From Octopus vulgaris (taxonomy: Eukaryota), in assembly GCA_951406725.2 (NCBI GenBank), contig OX597820.1, positions 4,650,001 to 4,714,000 of the forward strand: a stretch of 64,000 nt of DNA, read 5' to 3'. Shown one piece after another: positions 12,093-25,360 of this stretch. The stretch's first letter is position 1. Each line of letters starts with the position of its first letter. The position numbers and the translations under genes are program-made. Below the pieces are notes generated by a model. That model was not told where the DNA came from. It saw only the letters and a program-made list of their open reading frames with translations, and did no database searches.

Positions 12093-12340
12093 TTATGTGC
12101 GTGCGTGCGTGTGTGTGTGTTGTATGTCTGTGTTTGTCCCCCCACAATCGCTTGACAACCGATGCTGGTGTGTTTACGTCTCCGTAACTTAACGGTTCGG
12201 CAAAAGCGAGCCGATAGAATAAGTACTAGGCTTACAAAGAATAAGTCCTGGGGTCGATTCGTTGGACTAGAGGCGGTGCTCCAGCATGGCCGCAGTCAAG
12301 TTACTGAAATAAATAAAAGAATAAAGGAATAAAAGAATAT
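11900..12340 (+). mobile_element. Full-length SINE-A
   Basis: gcaagagtggctgtgcggtaagtagcttgc...ggcggtgctccagcatggccgcagtcaa...aataaaagaata. Confidence 0.9.
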
Positions 12341-12385
12341 ATATATATACTTACACTCATATGTATATATGTGTGTATATATGTA

Positions 12386-12426
<41 letters not shown>

Positions 12427-12483
12427 CATTTATCAATTGGCGGATTTGCTCCGTACACACAACACACAATAATATGGAAATGA

Positions 12484-12568
12484 ATCTCTTCGATGAGATT
12501 CAGCTATAAATGTTCTTAATTATACTAATTAATTTCCGAAGCCTTGAATCGAAACAGCTGTCAGAGAT
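12484..12568 (+). ncRNA. Type I hammerhead motif with mutated core
   Basis: Stem I ATCTCT/AGAGAT (6 bp); core TCGATGA instead of CTGATGA; stem II GATTCA/TGAATC; GAAA 12551-54; palindromic stem III ACAGCTGT; GUC triplet. Confidence 0.7.
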
Positions 12569-12817
12569 GATGTCCAATTTTGTAATTAATAAATGAATAT
12601 TAATTTATGTCTATTTTCTTATTCTTCTTAAAATATATACAAACCCCGGTTTGTCCAATTATATTACAGTTGAATATTAATTATAATATTCAATACTTAT
12701 TGTAATAGGCAATAAACCAGTATATTCACTGGATTTTATTATCCCTTAATAAGGTTTTTAAGTTTTAATTGAACTATACATACATACATATAATATATAT
12801 ATGTATGTATGTATATA

Positions 12818-12857
<40 letters not shown>

Positions 12858-13567
12858 TATGTATGTTTGTATATATGTATGTATGATGTATGTATGTATA
12901 TATATGTTTATACATACATATATGTATGTATGTATATGTATGTGTGTGTGTGTGTGTGTATAAAATTAGTGTATGTATGAGTATCTTTCTCTGTGCGTTG
13001 TCGGAGGGAGGGGAGAGTTTCGATAACTTGACGCTGGTGGAAGGAACTATTAAAGATATGGAGGCCATGGTGACGGTATTTAAGCGGATTACCCACATGC
13101 AAATACATGCAGTCACACACACACCATATGTTATGATTTCATTCTGTACGTCTGCATAACAGGTATGCAAGTCTTAATAACCACGAGCTTATACACACAC
13201 ACACACTCGTCACCTGGGGCGTATCGATATGTGTCTTTGTAGCAGTTACCTTTACATATAATTACCCATGTCCACACACACACACACACACACACAGCAG
13301 ACGTTACACCTTTGTCTTTCTGTCCTCTCTCTCTCTCTCCCTCTCTCCCTCTCTATTCGTCTCTCCCTTTCACACACACACACATACACACACACACGTG
13401 ACTGTCTCCACACGTCGGCGCGCCTCCGTTCTCTGCTGGTTTGCATTTCCTTATTAATCTTTCTGTTTGTCTTTTATCGATTCCATGTTTGCTTTGACTT
13501 TCTTCCTCTCGCAGAGTCTTTCTATACACGCCAGTTTGAGTATGCAGACTGACATGTTAACCCCCCT

Positions 13568-13704
<137 letters not shown>

Positions 13705-13801
13705 ATATATGTGTGTGTGTGTGTGTATATATGTAAGTATATATATGTATATATGTAAGTATATATATATATATATATATATATGTAAGTATATATATAT
13801 G

Positions 13802-13832
<31 letters not shown>

Positions 13833-14319
13833 TTTATATATATATATATATTATATATATATAAACATATATATGTGTGTGTGTTTTTATATATATATAT
13901 ATTATATATATATATAAACATATATATGTTCATGTGTGTATATATACATATATTTATGTATAATGAATATTTCTGTGTGTGTGTGTGTATGTGTGTGTGT
14001 GTATGTGCTGGTTTAATTTACATGAGGTAGTTTGAAAGAAAAGTAAACAATGTTTGAGGAAGCGATTAGCTAAGTTCACTGGATTAAATTAGATAGACAG
14101 GTAGATTAGATAAGATTTAATATGTCTTTAGACTTATTTTTGCAGAGCAGGTGTTTTTGTGGCGAAAAACAGTGTTTTTGTGCCAAGTTGTGGAATGACT
14201 ACGCTGTGTTGCATTATTGTTGGGTACCACAGTATAAACCAGGCGTACCTTTGTATTTGCCGAGGGTACCACACGATAGACCGTTGTATAGAGTAGTACG
14301 TCTATATATGCTACTGGTA

Positions 14320-14353
<34 letters not shown>

Positions 14354-14394
14354 CAATGGTAACAGAGTGTATGCCATTGGTACCACACACGCAT

Positions 14395-14611
14395 ATTCTT
14401 TTAGTCTTTTACTTGTTACAGTCATCTGATTGCGGCCATGCTGGAACACCGCTTTCAGTCGAGCAAATCAACCCCAGGACCTGTTCTTTGTAAGCCTAGT
14501 ATTAATTCTATCGGTCTCGTTGGCCGAACTGCTTGGTTATGGGGACGTAAACACACTAATATCGGTATCAAGCGATGGTGGGGTGACAAACACAGACACA
14601 AAAATACACAC

Positions 14612-14649
<38 letters not shown>

Positions 14650-15195
14650 ACACACGACGGGCTTCTTTCAGTTTCCATCTACCAAATCTACTCACAAGGC
14701 TTTGGTTGGCCCGACGCTATAGCAGAAGACACTTGCCCAAGGTGCCACACAGTGGGACTGAACCCGGACTCGTGAGGTTGTGGAACAAGCTTCTTACTAC
14801 ACGGCCACTCCATATACATTTTTTTTTTACTTGTTTCAGTCATCAGACTGCGGCCATGCTGGGGCAGCACCTTGAAGGACTTTTAATCGAATGAATTAAC
14901 CCCAAGTTCTTATTCTATCAGTTTCTTTTGCAGAACCGCTAAGTCACGCGGACGTAAACAGACCAACACCGGTTATGTCAAGCAGTGGAGTGTGGGCGGG
15001 GGGGATACTCAAGCACAAAGACTCGCTCATACATAGATCTGATATATATTTCGGGCTTGTTTTTTTTCTCAGTTTCTGTTTACCAAATCCACTCTGAAGG
15101 TTTTGGTCAACCAAAGGCTATAGAAGACATTTGTCCAGTGGGACTGAACCCAGATCCATGCGGTTGGGAAGCCAACTTCTCACTACACAGTCATA
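14395..15195 (-). mobile_element. Two adjacent SINE-A copies
   Basis: Two tgcggccatgctgg tails (about 14431, 14849) and two gtgggactgaaccc heads (about 14752, 15138). Confidence 0.8.
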
Positions 15196-15429
15196 CGGTA
15201 GACACACAGTGATAGCACTGCCTATATAACATTGCTACTACTACACACACTAAAGATCCTGGTCTCTCTTGATGGTATCTCTACTTCACTCGCCTTTTGC
15301 CACTCCGTCAATCATTTGCCATTATTCAACAATCTGTCATCATAGTCTTCAAGAAGCACTTCCGAAACAATTTCCGTTTTACGGCCTATAACTCCATTAC
15401 AGTAGTCACTGCATGGCCATGTTGTCCCA

Positions 15430-16176
15430 AAGTTCTATACAGTCATGTGTGGTTCCAAGTTCGAATCCACTGTGCCGCTCTTTGAACCCTATAGCTTGTA
15501 CAATAACCCCGGGTTGACACGGAATGTATCATACTTGGCTGATGGGTGCCTTTAGTAGAGGTAGTGACCGAGTTTGATGTCCGAGAGCAAGTGGCTACTA
15601 CTATAACCCTGGGCTGACCAATGACTTGTGAGTGAATTTGGTAGATGGAAACTATATGGAAGTCTGTTGTCTGTGTGTGTCTGTGCATGCTTTTATATTT
15701 GTTTCCCTCCCACCGCTTGACACCTGGTGTTCGTTTGTTTACGTTTCCATGACCTAACGGTTCGCCCGCACAATCGATAGAATAAGTACCAGACTTTAAA
15801 TATGAATCCTAGGGTCGGTTTTTCGAGTAAACCGTTTAAGATGGTGCCCCAGCATGGCCGCAGCTCAATGAGTGAAACTAGTAAAAGTTCAAAGATTACG
15901 TTAGAAAGGAAATGAGGAATGTTGGGAAGGTTCAAGAATGGACAGCGAGCTTTAGATTCGAACACCTGTACGAACAGTTCGCTCAATAATGCCGAGAACA
16001 TTAAAACCTGCGTCCGAAACCTGTGCGGGCGTGGCCGTGGCCGTGTGGTAAGAGGTTTGCATCTCAACCACATGGTTCCAGGTTCAGTCTCACTGCCCGT
16101 GGACTGACCAAAGCCTTGTGAGTGGGTTTGGTAGACGGAAACTGAAAGAAGCCCTCCGCGTGTATGTATGTATATG

Positions 16177-16218
<42 letters not shown>

Positions 16219-16400
16219 CCCTATCACCACTTGATAACCGGTGTTGGTATGTTTACGTGCCCGGAACATAGCGGTTCGTCAAAAGATAACGATAGGATAA
16301 GTACCCGGCTTAAAAAAAGGAAGTGCTCGGGTCGATTGGTTCGGCTAAGAATTCTTGAAGGTGGTGCTCCGGCATGGCCGCAAGTGAAAGATATAAGAGG
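15430..16400 (+). mobile_element. Two SINE-A copies (first diverged/interrupted)
   Basis: cagcatggccgc-type tails at about 15850 and 16372; head at about 16030. Confidence 0.7.
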
Positions 16401-16493
16401 ATTATCTAAAATGGAACGTAATTAGTTTGCGGCCCCCGAGTCGTTAGGCTTTGAAGACATTCCTTTTAGTCCCAAAGTATTTGGTAAAAGTCT

Positions 16494-16525
<32 letters not shown>

Positions 16526-16559
16526 ACATGCTAGCGTGCGTGTGTGAGAGAATATTTGT

Positions 16560-16862
16560 TTCCCCTTCCCACACCTTCTCCCGCTCTCCCCTTTCACTTT
16601 CTGTCTTTCCCTTCCTCTTTCTCTCTCTCTCTCTCACGCACACACACATCGTCTCTCCCGTTCCTTCTCTCTCTCCTTCTCACATCTTCTTCCTCTCTCT
16701 CTCCTTCTCACTCTCACACACATCGTCCCTCTCTCCCGTTCCTTCTTTGTCTCTCTCTCTCCTCTGTCTGTCTCTCTCTCTCACATTATCCCTCTCTCCT
16801 GTTCCTTCTCTCTCTTACTCTCACACCCTCTCTCACACATCGTCCCTCTTTCCCGTTCCTTA

Positions 16863-16896
<34 letters not shown>

Positions 16897-17027
16897 ACAT
16901 CCTCTTTCTCTCTCTCTCTCTCTCTTCTCACATCCTCTTTCTCTCTCTCTCTCTCCTCCTCACATCCTCTTTCTCTCTCTCTTTCTCACTCTCTCACACA
17001 TCGTCCCTCTTTCCCGTTCCTTCTCTC

Positions 17028-17062
<35 letters not shown>

Positions 17063-17210
17063 TCTCACATCCTCTTTCTCTCTCTCTCACACACACACAC
17101 ACATCGTCCCTCTCTCCCGTTCCTTCTCTCTCTTCCTCTCACACCCTCTTCCTCTCTCGCTTCTCCTTTCCACCTCTCCTCTCCCTTCCCCCTCTTTTCC
17201 CTCTCTGGTC
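16560..17210. repeat. Long polypyrimidine compound repeat with recurring unit cacacatcgtccctctctcccgttcctt
   Basis: Unit recurs at about 16643, 16717, 16835, 16995 and 17097 within (CT)n. Confidence 0.8.
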
Positions 17211-18444
17211 ATATATTGACAAACTGACGTTTTATCAGTCTCTCCCCCACCCCACCGTCCACCGTCCACCCTCAATCTTCCTCCCCCGCCAAATCGACAA
17301 ATCTCTTACAAACCTCTCCATTATTTATGTTTATTAAAAAGCTTTCTTATCGAACAAACCCCAGCTTTCCCCCAAATTGTCCTCCACAAAAGCCTTTTCA
17401 CATTAAAACATATCCAAAGCTGTTAGTTTCCCACTCTTTCTTCTGGTTCAATTCTAAAGAAGCTAAAATGGCTCAGCTGGGAGACGAACCTTTCTAAGCA
17501 ACAACTGCCATGATGATGACGGTGATGATGATGATGATGATGACAACGATGTTTATAGGACTCCGATAAGAAAACAAAGCAGGATAATGCCAGAAGTTTC
17601 TAACGGTGCAGTTATTCGTAGGAAGGGGTGTGTGGAGAGGCTGTGCTATTGGATGGTCAGCTTTATGTTTCTAAGGAGAGGTACTGTTGTTGTTGTTGCT
17701 GGGTTCTTGTGAAGATTGACCTGTTATGTGAAGTATTCCATTGAAGCACGTTTCGTCCTTATTCTTTTATCTTCATCAGAAGCGTGGCAGCTCCGAGTTG
17801 TGCTGGTTTCTTAAAAAGTTTTTTTTAGGGAGATGCTTCAGTCTATATCTCAAGAGAGCTTACGAGAGAGCTTCTTCTCTTGAACTGCATTTCTGTCAAA
17901 GAGAGGAGCTTACAAAAGGAGGGTCCCACCTGCTGACCATCCAAGCCGTAGCTTCACCATATCATGATTCACGGCACAGGGAGCCTTCTTTCTATGCAGG
18001 AGAAGGCACGCCGAACCAGTAGAATGTTTTCCTCTTGCCAGAAGCGAAACATCTGAGGCTCCAGTCTGGTCGATTTAGATGCTCCTCAACATTATCACTT
18101 TCTACAGAAATGGTTTGTGTGTCATTGAGAAGAGAGGAAGAGCAACTTTGTGACAGATTTGGTTCAAAAAGGTAGCGATAGGTTGCTATTTAACCTATCA
18201 AGCAGATATTGTGCATTGAAGTGATCCAGTCTTTAAAAACAGGACCCAAAACTGACTGAACTGAAGGCAGCCGCCAAGTAACGACGATCGACTCTATTGA
18301 AATCGTTCGGATAACCTCAATTTATTTGAGCTCCCTTAAAGCCAGGTTTATTATATCACCGCCGCTCTTTGGTGTAGAGGTTGTCGTGGATCGATCCCTC
18401 CGGGATCACATCGGTCTAAGCGCTTTCCCTTCCACACTAATCAA

Positions 18445-18950
18445 CTTTGGTGGTCAAAGCTGAAAGGCATGAAGACAGACAGATTCCTCTTTGGTAGAGA
18501 TCTCATTGACTTTTTCAAGTTTCTCTTGAAAAGGAAACTGAGAGTGGAGAGGGAAGTGCTGTCCTCGAGTGAGTTTATTGAAAAGTGGGTGTAAGTCGCG
18601 AAAATGGCAAGAGTGGATGGTACCTCTCTAAGTGTAGACATGTGAGTCGGAAAGAAGGAATCAGAGAGGGCACTTGCTCTTGGTGTTTCAAAGAAATCTT
18701 GGACAGTAGGGCTCCTCTATTATCCGTAGAGGCCTTCCTGTATCAGGAGGGCCACAACTCTAGCATCTTCCACAACATTTTTTTAAACCTTTGTATGCTT
18801 CTGCATATCTCCTTTCTTTTCTCGTGTATTCTGTCTATACTTTTTTTATATCGTTTCATTATATGTAACCCCCCACACACACACTTTGTTTGTCTCTGTA
18901 TTGTCCCTTTCATCCTTCAACCTTGTGACAAATAAATGAAATCATCATCA
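18445..18950 (+). mobile_element. Tx1/L1-group LINE 3' end (5'-truncated)
   Basis: Reads WWSKLKGMKTDRFLFGRDLIDFFKFLLKRKLRVEREVLSSSEFIEKWV*, resembling Tx1 ORF2 C-termini; followed by a T-rich 3' UTR, AATAAA and (ATC)n. Confidence 0.6.
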
Positions 18951-18967
18951 TCATATTATTATTATTA

Positions 18968-19526
18968 CTGAGTGAGAGAGCAGTGCATGCCATCAAAGTG
19001 ACACTGGGGTAAAATATATGAAGCCCAGTATACCCATCATGACTACCCGTCTGATAAGGGTACACCAGGCACATGCATCACAACCATATGTGCGCGACAT
19101 GGTGATCTCATATCAAGATAAACAGCACATGACCTTGCAGGTGGGGCCCACTTAGAATTTTCTTCAGGTCGAGTAGCCCATCCCACTCAAAAGGTCCCTG
19201 AATAAGGATTGTTTAAGGATGTTGAACGAAACACTCATGTTTCCAGAGGTGAATTATTCAAACCCCAAAGAATCCCTCTCAACACATGGCTATGATGCTC
19301 CCCCCCCTACTTCTGCTCGTGATCAGAGATGCACATATCGTCAGCCACTTGGGGACATGCTCAACTGGTTAAGGTCAGACAACTGACAATCAAATCTGTG
19401 GTATTGAGCAGAATATTTGCTGTAGCCCATCTTTTATACCAAGACAAAACAATGTATATGATAACACTTCCAATCAGTTAAGATCAGAAGCCATGAGAGC
19501 CACTGCCTGGTACTGCATCAGGGCAT
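18968..19526. mobile_element. About 560-bp interspersed element inserted in an (ATT)n microsatellite
   Basis: Complex sequence flanked on both sides by (ATT)n; recalled as a common octopus repeat; class uncertain (possibly an R4/Dong-type UTR). Confidence 0.55.
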
Positions 19527-20475
19527 TTATTATTATTATTATTAGTAGTAGTAGTAGTAGTAGTAATGTTGGTGGCAGTGGTGGTAGTTCGAATCTACCC
19601 CGAATACAAGAGTCTCACATATATACCCACTTCTTATCTCACAAGGAATTGAATAATTGGTTGCAGCTTCCTTGTAAGCACAACTCAGGACAAAGAATTT
19701 TTTTTACTTGCTCTCCCCACCACGCACCAACTTTTTCCTCTTCTCCCCCCCCGCCTTCTACATCCTCCATAAATTTCACTCCCCCTTTCCTCCATACAAT
19801 ACTTCTCACTCACCCCCCCCTCTCTCTCTCTCTTACACATACCAGGGTGACGTTCCGGTTTGGCCAGTTGGTCGATTCGTGAGAGAATCTGGTAAAAATG
19901 TCTTTCGCTATTTCTTCCGGCTCTTTTTCCTCTACGAGTTCAAATCCAGTCGGGGACAGCTTTGTCTGTCGTCCTTTCGATGTCACTAACCGAAGTACCA
20001 GTTGTGTACTGGGGCAAAAATCGATTAAAAGAAAGGGGTCAGTTCATAGTTTGGTCCCATTAATTGTCTCACCACCACCACCTCCTCCTCCTCTGTCGTC
20101 AACAAAGTGTTTCTCCCCCACTCTTATCTTCCTTCCCCTCACCTTGTTTCTCTTCTTCCTCCTCTCACACCACCACCACCCTCATCTACTCTCTCCCTTT
20201 CTACTCTTACTTTCTCTGCTCCCACCCCCCTCAATTCTACACCAACAGTTGATTATATCTACTCCCCGCTCCTCCTCACCCACTCTCTATGTCTTTTACT
20301 TAACTTCCCCTTCCTCACTCCCTCTCTCCGTCTGCCTATCTGTCTGTCTCTCTCTTTCTCTCTCTCCCTGTCTTGTGTCCCAGCGATGGGAAAGAAAACC
20401 TGCAACCAGCGGCGCCAGGGAAGACTGGCAGCCGGCAGCACGTGTGGCGGCAGGTGAGCTTCGACAAACAACAAT

Positions 20476-20514
<39 letters not shown>

Positions 20515-20774
20515 CGCCCCCCCCCCAGACACACACATCGACACGCGCGCTCGCGCGTGAGTGCGGTGCTTCTCTTTCTTTGGAGGACCGTAAGTTCGCG
20601 CCTGACACTTGATAGAAAAATCTTTGGAACGGCTAATTTCTTCCCGTTAGTGACACCTCATTGTAAGCTCCTCTTATGTTACCTATCCCAGGCGCAATTC
20701 ACTCCGCTTCTCCTCCTCTCGCACACACTCTGACACACAGACAATCGTATCAATAACAAGCATGTTCCAATACT

Positions 20775-21170
20775 CTTTTTTTTTACTTGTTTCAGTCATT
20801 TGACTGCGGCCATGCTGGAGCACCGTCTTTAGTCGAGCAAATCGACCCCGGGACTTATTCTTTGTAAGCCCAGTACTTATTCTATCGGTCTCTTTTGCCG
20901 AACCGCTAAGTGACGGGGACGTAAACACACCAGCATCGGTTGTCAAGCAATGCTAGGGGGACAAACACAGACACACAAACACACACACCCATACACATAT
21001 ATATATATATACGACAGGCTTCTTTCAGTTTCCGTCTACCAAATCCACTCACAAGGCATTGGTCGGCCCGGGGCTATAGCAGAAGACACTTGCCCAAGAT
21101 GCCATGCAGTGGGACTGAACCCGGAACCATGTGGTTGGTAAGCAAGCTACTTACCACACAGCCACTCCTG
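20775..21170 (-). mobile_element. Full-length, well-preserved SINE-A
   Basis: All SINE-A blocks are present, from caggagtggctgtgtggtaagtagcttgc to the actgaaacaagtaaaa tail. Confidence 0.9.
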
Positions 21171-21189
21171 ATGCGATTCAATAGCGATT

Positions 21190-21410
21190 ATGATTTCAAA
21201 GTTTGGAACGAGGCCTGCAATTTTGAGGGGAGGGGGCTAAGTCAATTATATCACCCCCACCGTTCTACTGATGCCTTGTTTTATCGACTCCGAAAGGATG
21301 AAAGGTAAAGTCGACCTCAGCGGAATATGTACTCAGAACGTGAGGCCGGTCAAAATGCTGCTAAGCATTTTGTCCGGCGTGCTAACGATTCTGCTAGCTC
21401 GACCGCCTTG
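21190..21410 (-). mobile_element. SINE-B variant
   Basis: ccgaaaggatgaaaggtaaagtcgacctc...gctaagcattttgtccggcgtgctaacgattctgctagctc. Confidence 0.8.
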
Positions 21411-21768
21411 TGACCCCCGCCAAGTAGGTTATTATATCGAGACCGGAGCGATGAAAAGTAAAGGTTTAACATCGGTGGAATTTGAACGCAGATCATAAAG
21501 AACCGACAGAAAGGAAAAGGTGGGGAGGTGCGGTGGAGTGTGTGTGTGTGTGTGTGTGTGTGAGGGGGTTGGAGGGAGAAAGGACGCGGGAAAGTGTTCA
21601 AACATTCTCCAAAAGTGTGTTTGCAAAGGAAGCCGCCACCAAAATTAGTTTGAAATAAAAAGAATTTGTGCAGTTGAGATACTCCCCAGTTTAGCGTGGA
21701 CGGGTGGTGAGGGTATGTGTATCCCACCCCCACCCGATTATTCTGTCTATATCTGTGCGTATGTATAC

Positions 21769-21801
<33 letters not shown>

Positions 21802-21925
21802 CATACAGCATTCTATAGAAGTACATCAGATTTAAAACATTGTTCATCATAAAATCCACTTATTTCTTGGGGACTCTCCTTTGGGTTACTCTTTCTTTCT
21901 CTCCCTTTCTTCCCCTTCCTCCCTC

Positions 21926-21966
<41 letters not shown>

Positions 21967-22339
21967 CTTACCAATCCTTTCTGCTCTCTTTCTCTCTTTG
22001 TCAACTTTTCCCGCTTTTCCAGTCATGTCCTGTCTCCGCCTTCCCCTCCTTTCTTTCCCGCCCACTCTGCCTCTTCCTCTCTCTTTCCCTCGATTTCCTC
22101 TCATTTTATCTCTATAAAAAACACGCTGTTTACTTCAATTTTCCCGCTTTTTTCTCTCACTCTCCATCAAAGCCCCCACCCCCCACCCCGCCACTTTTCC
22201 CTCCTTGTGTGTTTTTTTCCCGCCATTTCATCCCACTGCCCGCCTTCCCTATTGAAAGTGGCTCACACCAAACATGGGATGGTGGGATGGTGACGGTCAC
22301 GTGGGTCTACTTACATTTTCGTTTGTTTTCTACCTGTCC

Positions 22340-22341
22340 AC

Positions 22342-22425
<84 letters not shown>

Positions 22426-23114
22426 TGTATGTATGTGTGTGTATGTATGTATGTGTGTGTGTATGTATGTATGTGTATGTATGTATGTGTGTGTATGTAT
22501 GTATGTGTGTGTGTGTATGTATGTGTGTGTATGTATGTATGTGTGTATATGTGTGTGTGTGTGTATGTATGTGTGTGTATGTATGTATGTGTGTGTGCGC
22601 GCGCGCGCGCGCGCCATTGTTTTTTAACGGCCTCTGTATATCATTGTCTGTATCGTGGTGTGTGTGTGTGTGTGTGTTTCTGTCATTGCGTATGTATGTG
22701 TGCTATTGTGTGTGTGTGTGTGTGTCATTGTATTTGTGTCATTGTGTGTACGGACCGTTAAGTTTCTGGTTCCTTCTCCATCCTCTTCTTCTTCCGACAA
22801 CAACACTCTTCGCCCCCACCCTCCATCTTCATCAGAGCCATATTTATCCGTGTTGAATTCCCACACAAAACGCTGTACTGGCCACAAACCGCCCCATAAT
22901 ACCCCCACCCCACCCCACCTCAGACCCACCCGTTAAACACAAAAGATACCCTTACATATTGTTATTTCTGCACTCCATCACAACGAACACAGAAAAATAA
23001 AATTCAAACTACCCCCTCCTATCCCCTTCCCTCTCCTTATTCCTTCTCTCACCCACCTCCCTCTCTGCTCTCTATCGATCTATCTACACTCTTCCTTATT
23101 ACTCTATTTATCTG

Positions 23115-23163
<49 letters not shown>

Positions 23164-23164
23164 A

Positions 23165-23218
<54 letters not shown>

Positions 23219-23328
23219 CCTACCTATCTGTCTATCTATCTATCTATCTGTCTGTCTGTCTGTCTGTATGTCTGCTTGTCTGTCTACCTATCCATCCATC
23301 CATCCATCCATCCATCCATAATCCATCC

Positions 23329-23371
<43 letters not shown>

Positions 23372-23409
23372 CATCCATCCATCCATCCATCCATCCATCC
23401 ATCCCATCC

Positions 23410-23508
<99 letters not shown>

Positions 23509-23960
23509 CGTCTGTCGGTCTATATATTTGTCTGTCTCTCTATCTATCTGTCTACCCATCCATCCATCCATCTCTCTGTCGGTATGTCTATCCATCCACT
23601 TTTGCATTCAACTACCTATCTGTCTTCTACTTTCTTTCTGTCTGTCTGTCTGTCTTTCTCTCTTTTTTACTCGACCGCCCCCCTCCACCCATTCATCCAC
23701 AATAAACATGTTAGTTTTTGATTTCTCTCTTAAATATAAACATTCTATCTAGTCATAGATAGATAGATAGATAGATACAAACATGTATGTATGTATAGAC
23801 AGATAGAGAGATAGATATATAGATATATACGTACATACAAACACATACACACGTGTGTACATGTATGTATGTGTTTATGTAATGTATGTATGTATGTATG
23901 CATGTATGTGTAGATAGATAGATAGATAGATAGATGGATAGATAGATGGATAGGAGCGGT
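22340..23960. repeat. Compound microsatellite field: (TG)n/(TATG)n, (TATC)n/(CATC)n, (GATA)n
   Basis: Directly visible; interrupted by short unique stretches. Confidence 0.9.
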
Positions 23961-24280
23961 CAATACATTTATGAAACGTCTGTCAGGAGATTACTCACTT
24001 CCAGCCGCCACCATCACACATCGAATATATAAAGACTGTTTTTACATTCTTACAATTTCCTCTCACAGCTATACTTCCTAATATTCACTGTGTTGTGCAT
24101 AAAACGTTTTTTAATAAACCGTAATTTTTTTTTGTATTTGCGTTTGCTTTATGTAGTGGCGATTGGGGAGTGGACTGGACACGTCTCCTCTGAGTAGCAA
24201 CAGACAAATGGCGAACTCGTCTTTTTCTCTGCATATGAAAAGCGTAGAAGCTCCGAGTTTGGGTGTGGGTGTGTTTATAT

Positions 24281-24502
24281 AGCTGGCAGAAACGTTAGCA
24301 CGCCGGGCGAAATGCTTAGCGGTATTTCGTCTGCTGCTACGTTCTGGGTTCAAATTCCGCCGAGGTCGACTTTGCCTTTCATCCTTTTGGGGTCAATTAA
24401 ATAAGTACCAGTTACGCACTGGGGTCGATGTAATCGACTTAATCCGTTTGTCTGTCCTTGTTTGTCCCCCCTGTGTTTAGCCCCTTGTGGGTAATAAAGA
24501 AA
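24281..24502 (+). mobile_element. SINE-B
   Basis: agctggcagaaacgttagcacgccgggcgaaatgcttagc...ccccttgtgggtaataaagaaa. Confidence 0.9.
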
Positions 24503-24540
24503 CATATATAAATATATATATATATAAACAAACATGCCTT

Positions 24541-24573
<33 letters not shown>

Positions 24574-24589
24574 AGACACACACACACCA

Positions 24590-24886
24590 CTGTAGCGACC
24601 AGATTATCGGATGTTGTTACACACTGCTGGTCACAATGCGCTTCCTCGCATTGTTGTAGCTTTTCGAGTGATGCCACCCCACTGGCTGGGCGGACAGGAC
24701 AACTTTCCAGCCTGAGCAGAACACCAGTCAGTCGTATGGTTACCTATTTACAGCTGAGTGTACTGGAGTAACGTGAAATGATCTGTTTTGCCCAAGAACA
24801 CAAAGCATTGCCGCTCTGGGAAGCGAAACCGTGGTCTGGTGATCGTGAGTGTAATGCCCTAACCACTAGACAACGGTGCCTTCACA
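24590..24886 (-). mobile_element. Older tRNA-derived CORE/MIR-like SINE
   Basis: cagctgagtgtactggagtaacgtgaaatgatctgttttgcccaagaacaca...ccctaaccactag is the reverse of a tRNA head plus CORE-like block. Confidence 0.6.
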
Positions 24887-25104
24887 TATATAAATACGCA
24901 CACACACATACAGACAACAATATATAATGCGCAAATGTGTGTGTGTGTGTGTTACAGCTTGCTCTCTGGCACATTTTCTTCATCATAATTTCGTCACTTT
25001 CCGACAAATGTTGCTCCTTCCAGCGGTGCCCATCCATATTGCTGCTATCACGGAATCGCCTGGTTATTTTTGCCCACGTTGTAGCTAGGATAAAAATATA
25101 ATAA

Positions 25105-25360
25105 TGAAATTATTGTATACAGTGCTCAAGTGCACCACAACTTGTCAGAAAGTGCGTATAAAGTATATGCAGTAATGTACAAATGTCTGGAAAGTGAACA
25201 ATGTATGAGTCAGATACATGCTTGCGTGTGTATGGAGGGGAGGAAATCAGGTGTAGTGTTGGCGAATCTCTCAGGAAGCATGGAAGTTTTGAAGGATGCA
25301 GTGCTCCGACAACTAACAACCGATGCCGGCAGTTTGTTCCATGCTTCAGCAACTCTGTGT
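25105..25360 (-). mobile_element. CR1-group LINE 3' end
   Basis: Minus frame HRVAEAWNKLPASVVSCRSTASFKTSML matches the CR1 RT C-terminal RV...WN.LP..VV......FK pattern; followed by a 3' UTR. Confidence 0.75.

Noticed and set aside
12990-13162. Protein-like stretch ALSEGGESFDNLTLVEGTIKDMEAMVTVFKRITH as an exon
   Set aside because: No clear acceptor, the frame closes before the nearest GT donor, and I recognise no homology.
14833-14846. CTGATGA-CT-GAAAC on the minus strand
   Set aside because: A chance variant of the SINE-A tail (normally caaatgactgaaac) with no room for stem II.
17745-17785. CTGATGA...GGAC-GAAAC-GTG on the minus strand
   Set aside because: Stems I and II do not pair and GUG is not a cleavable triplet; at best a very old relic.
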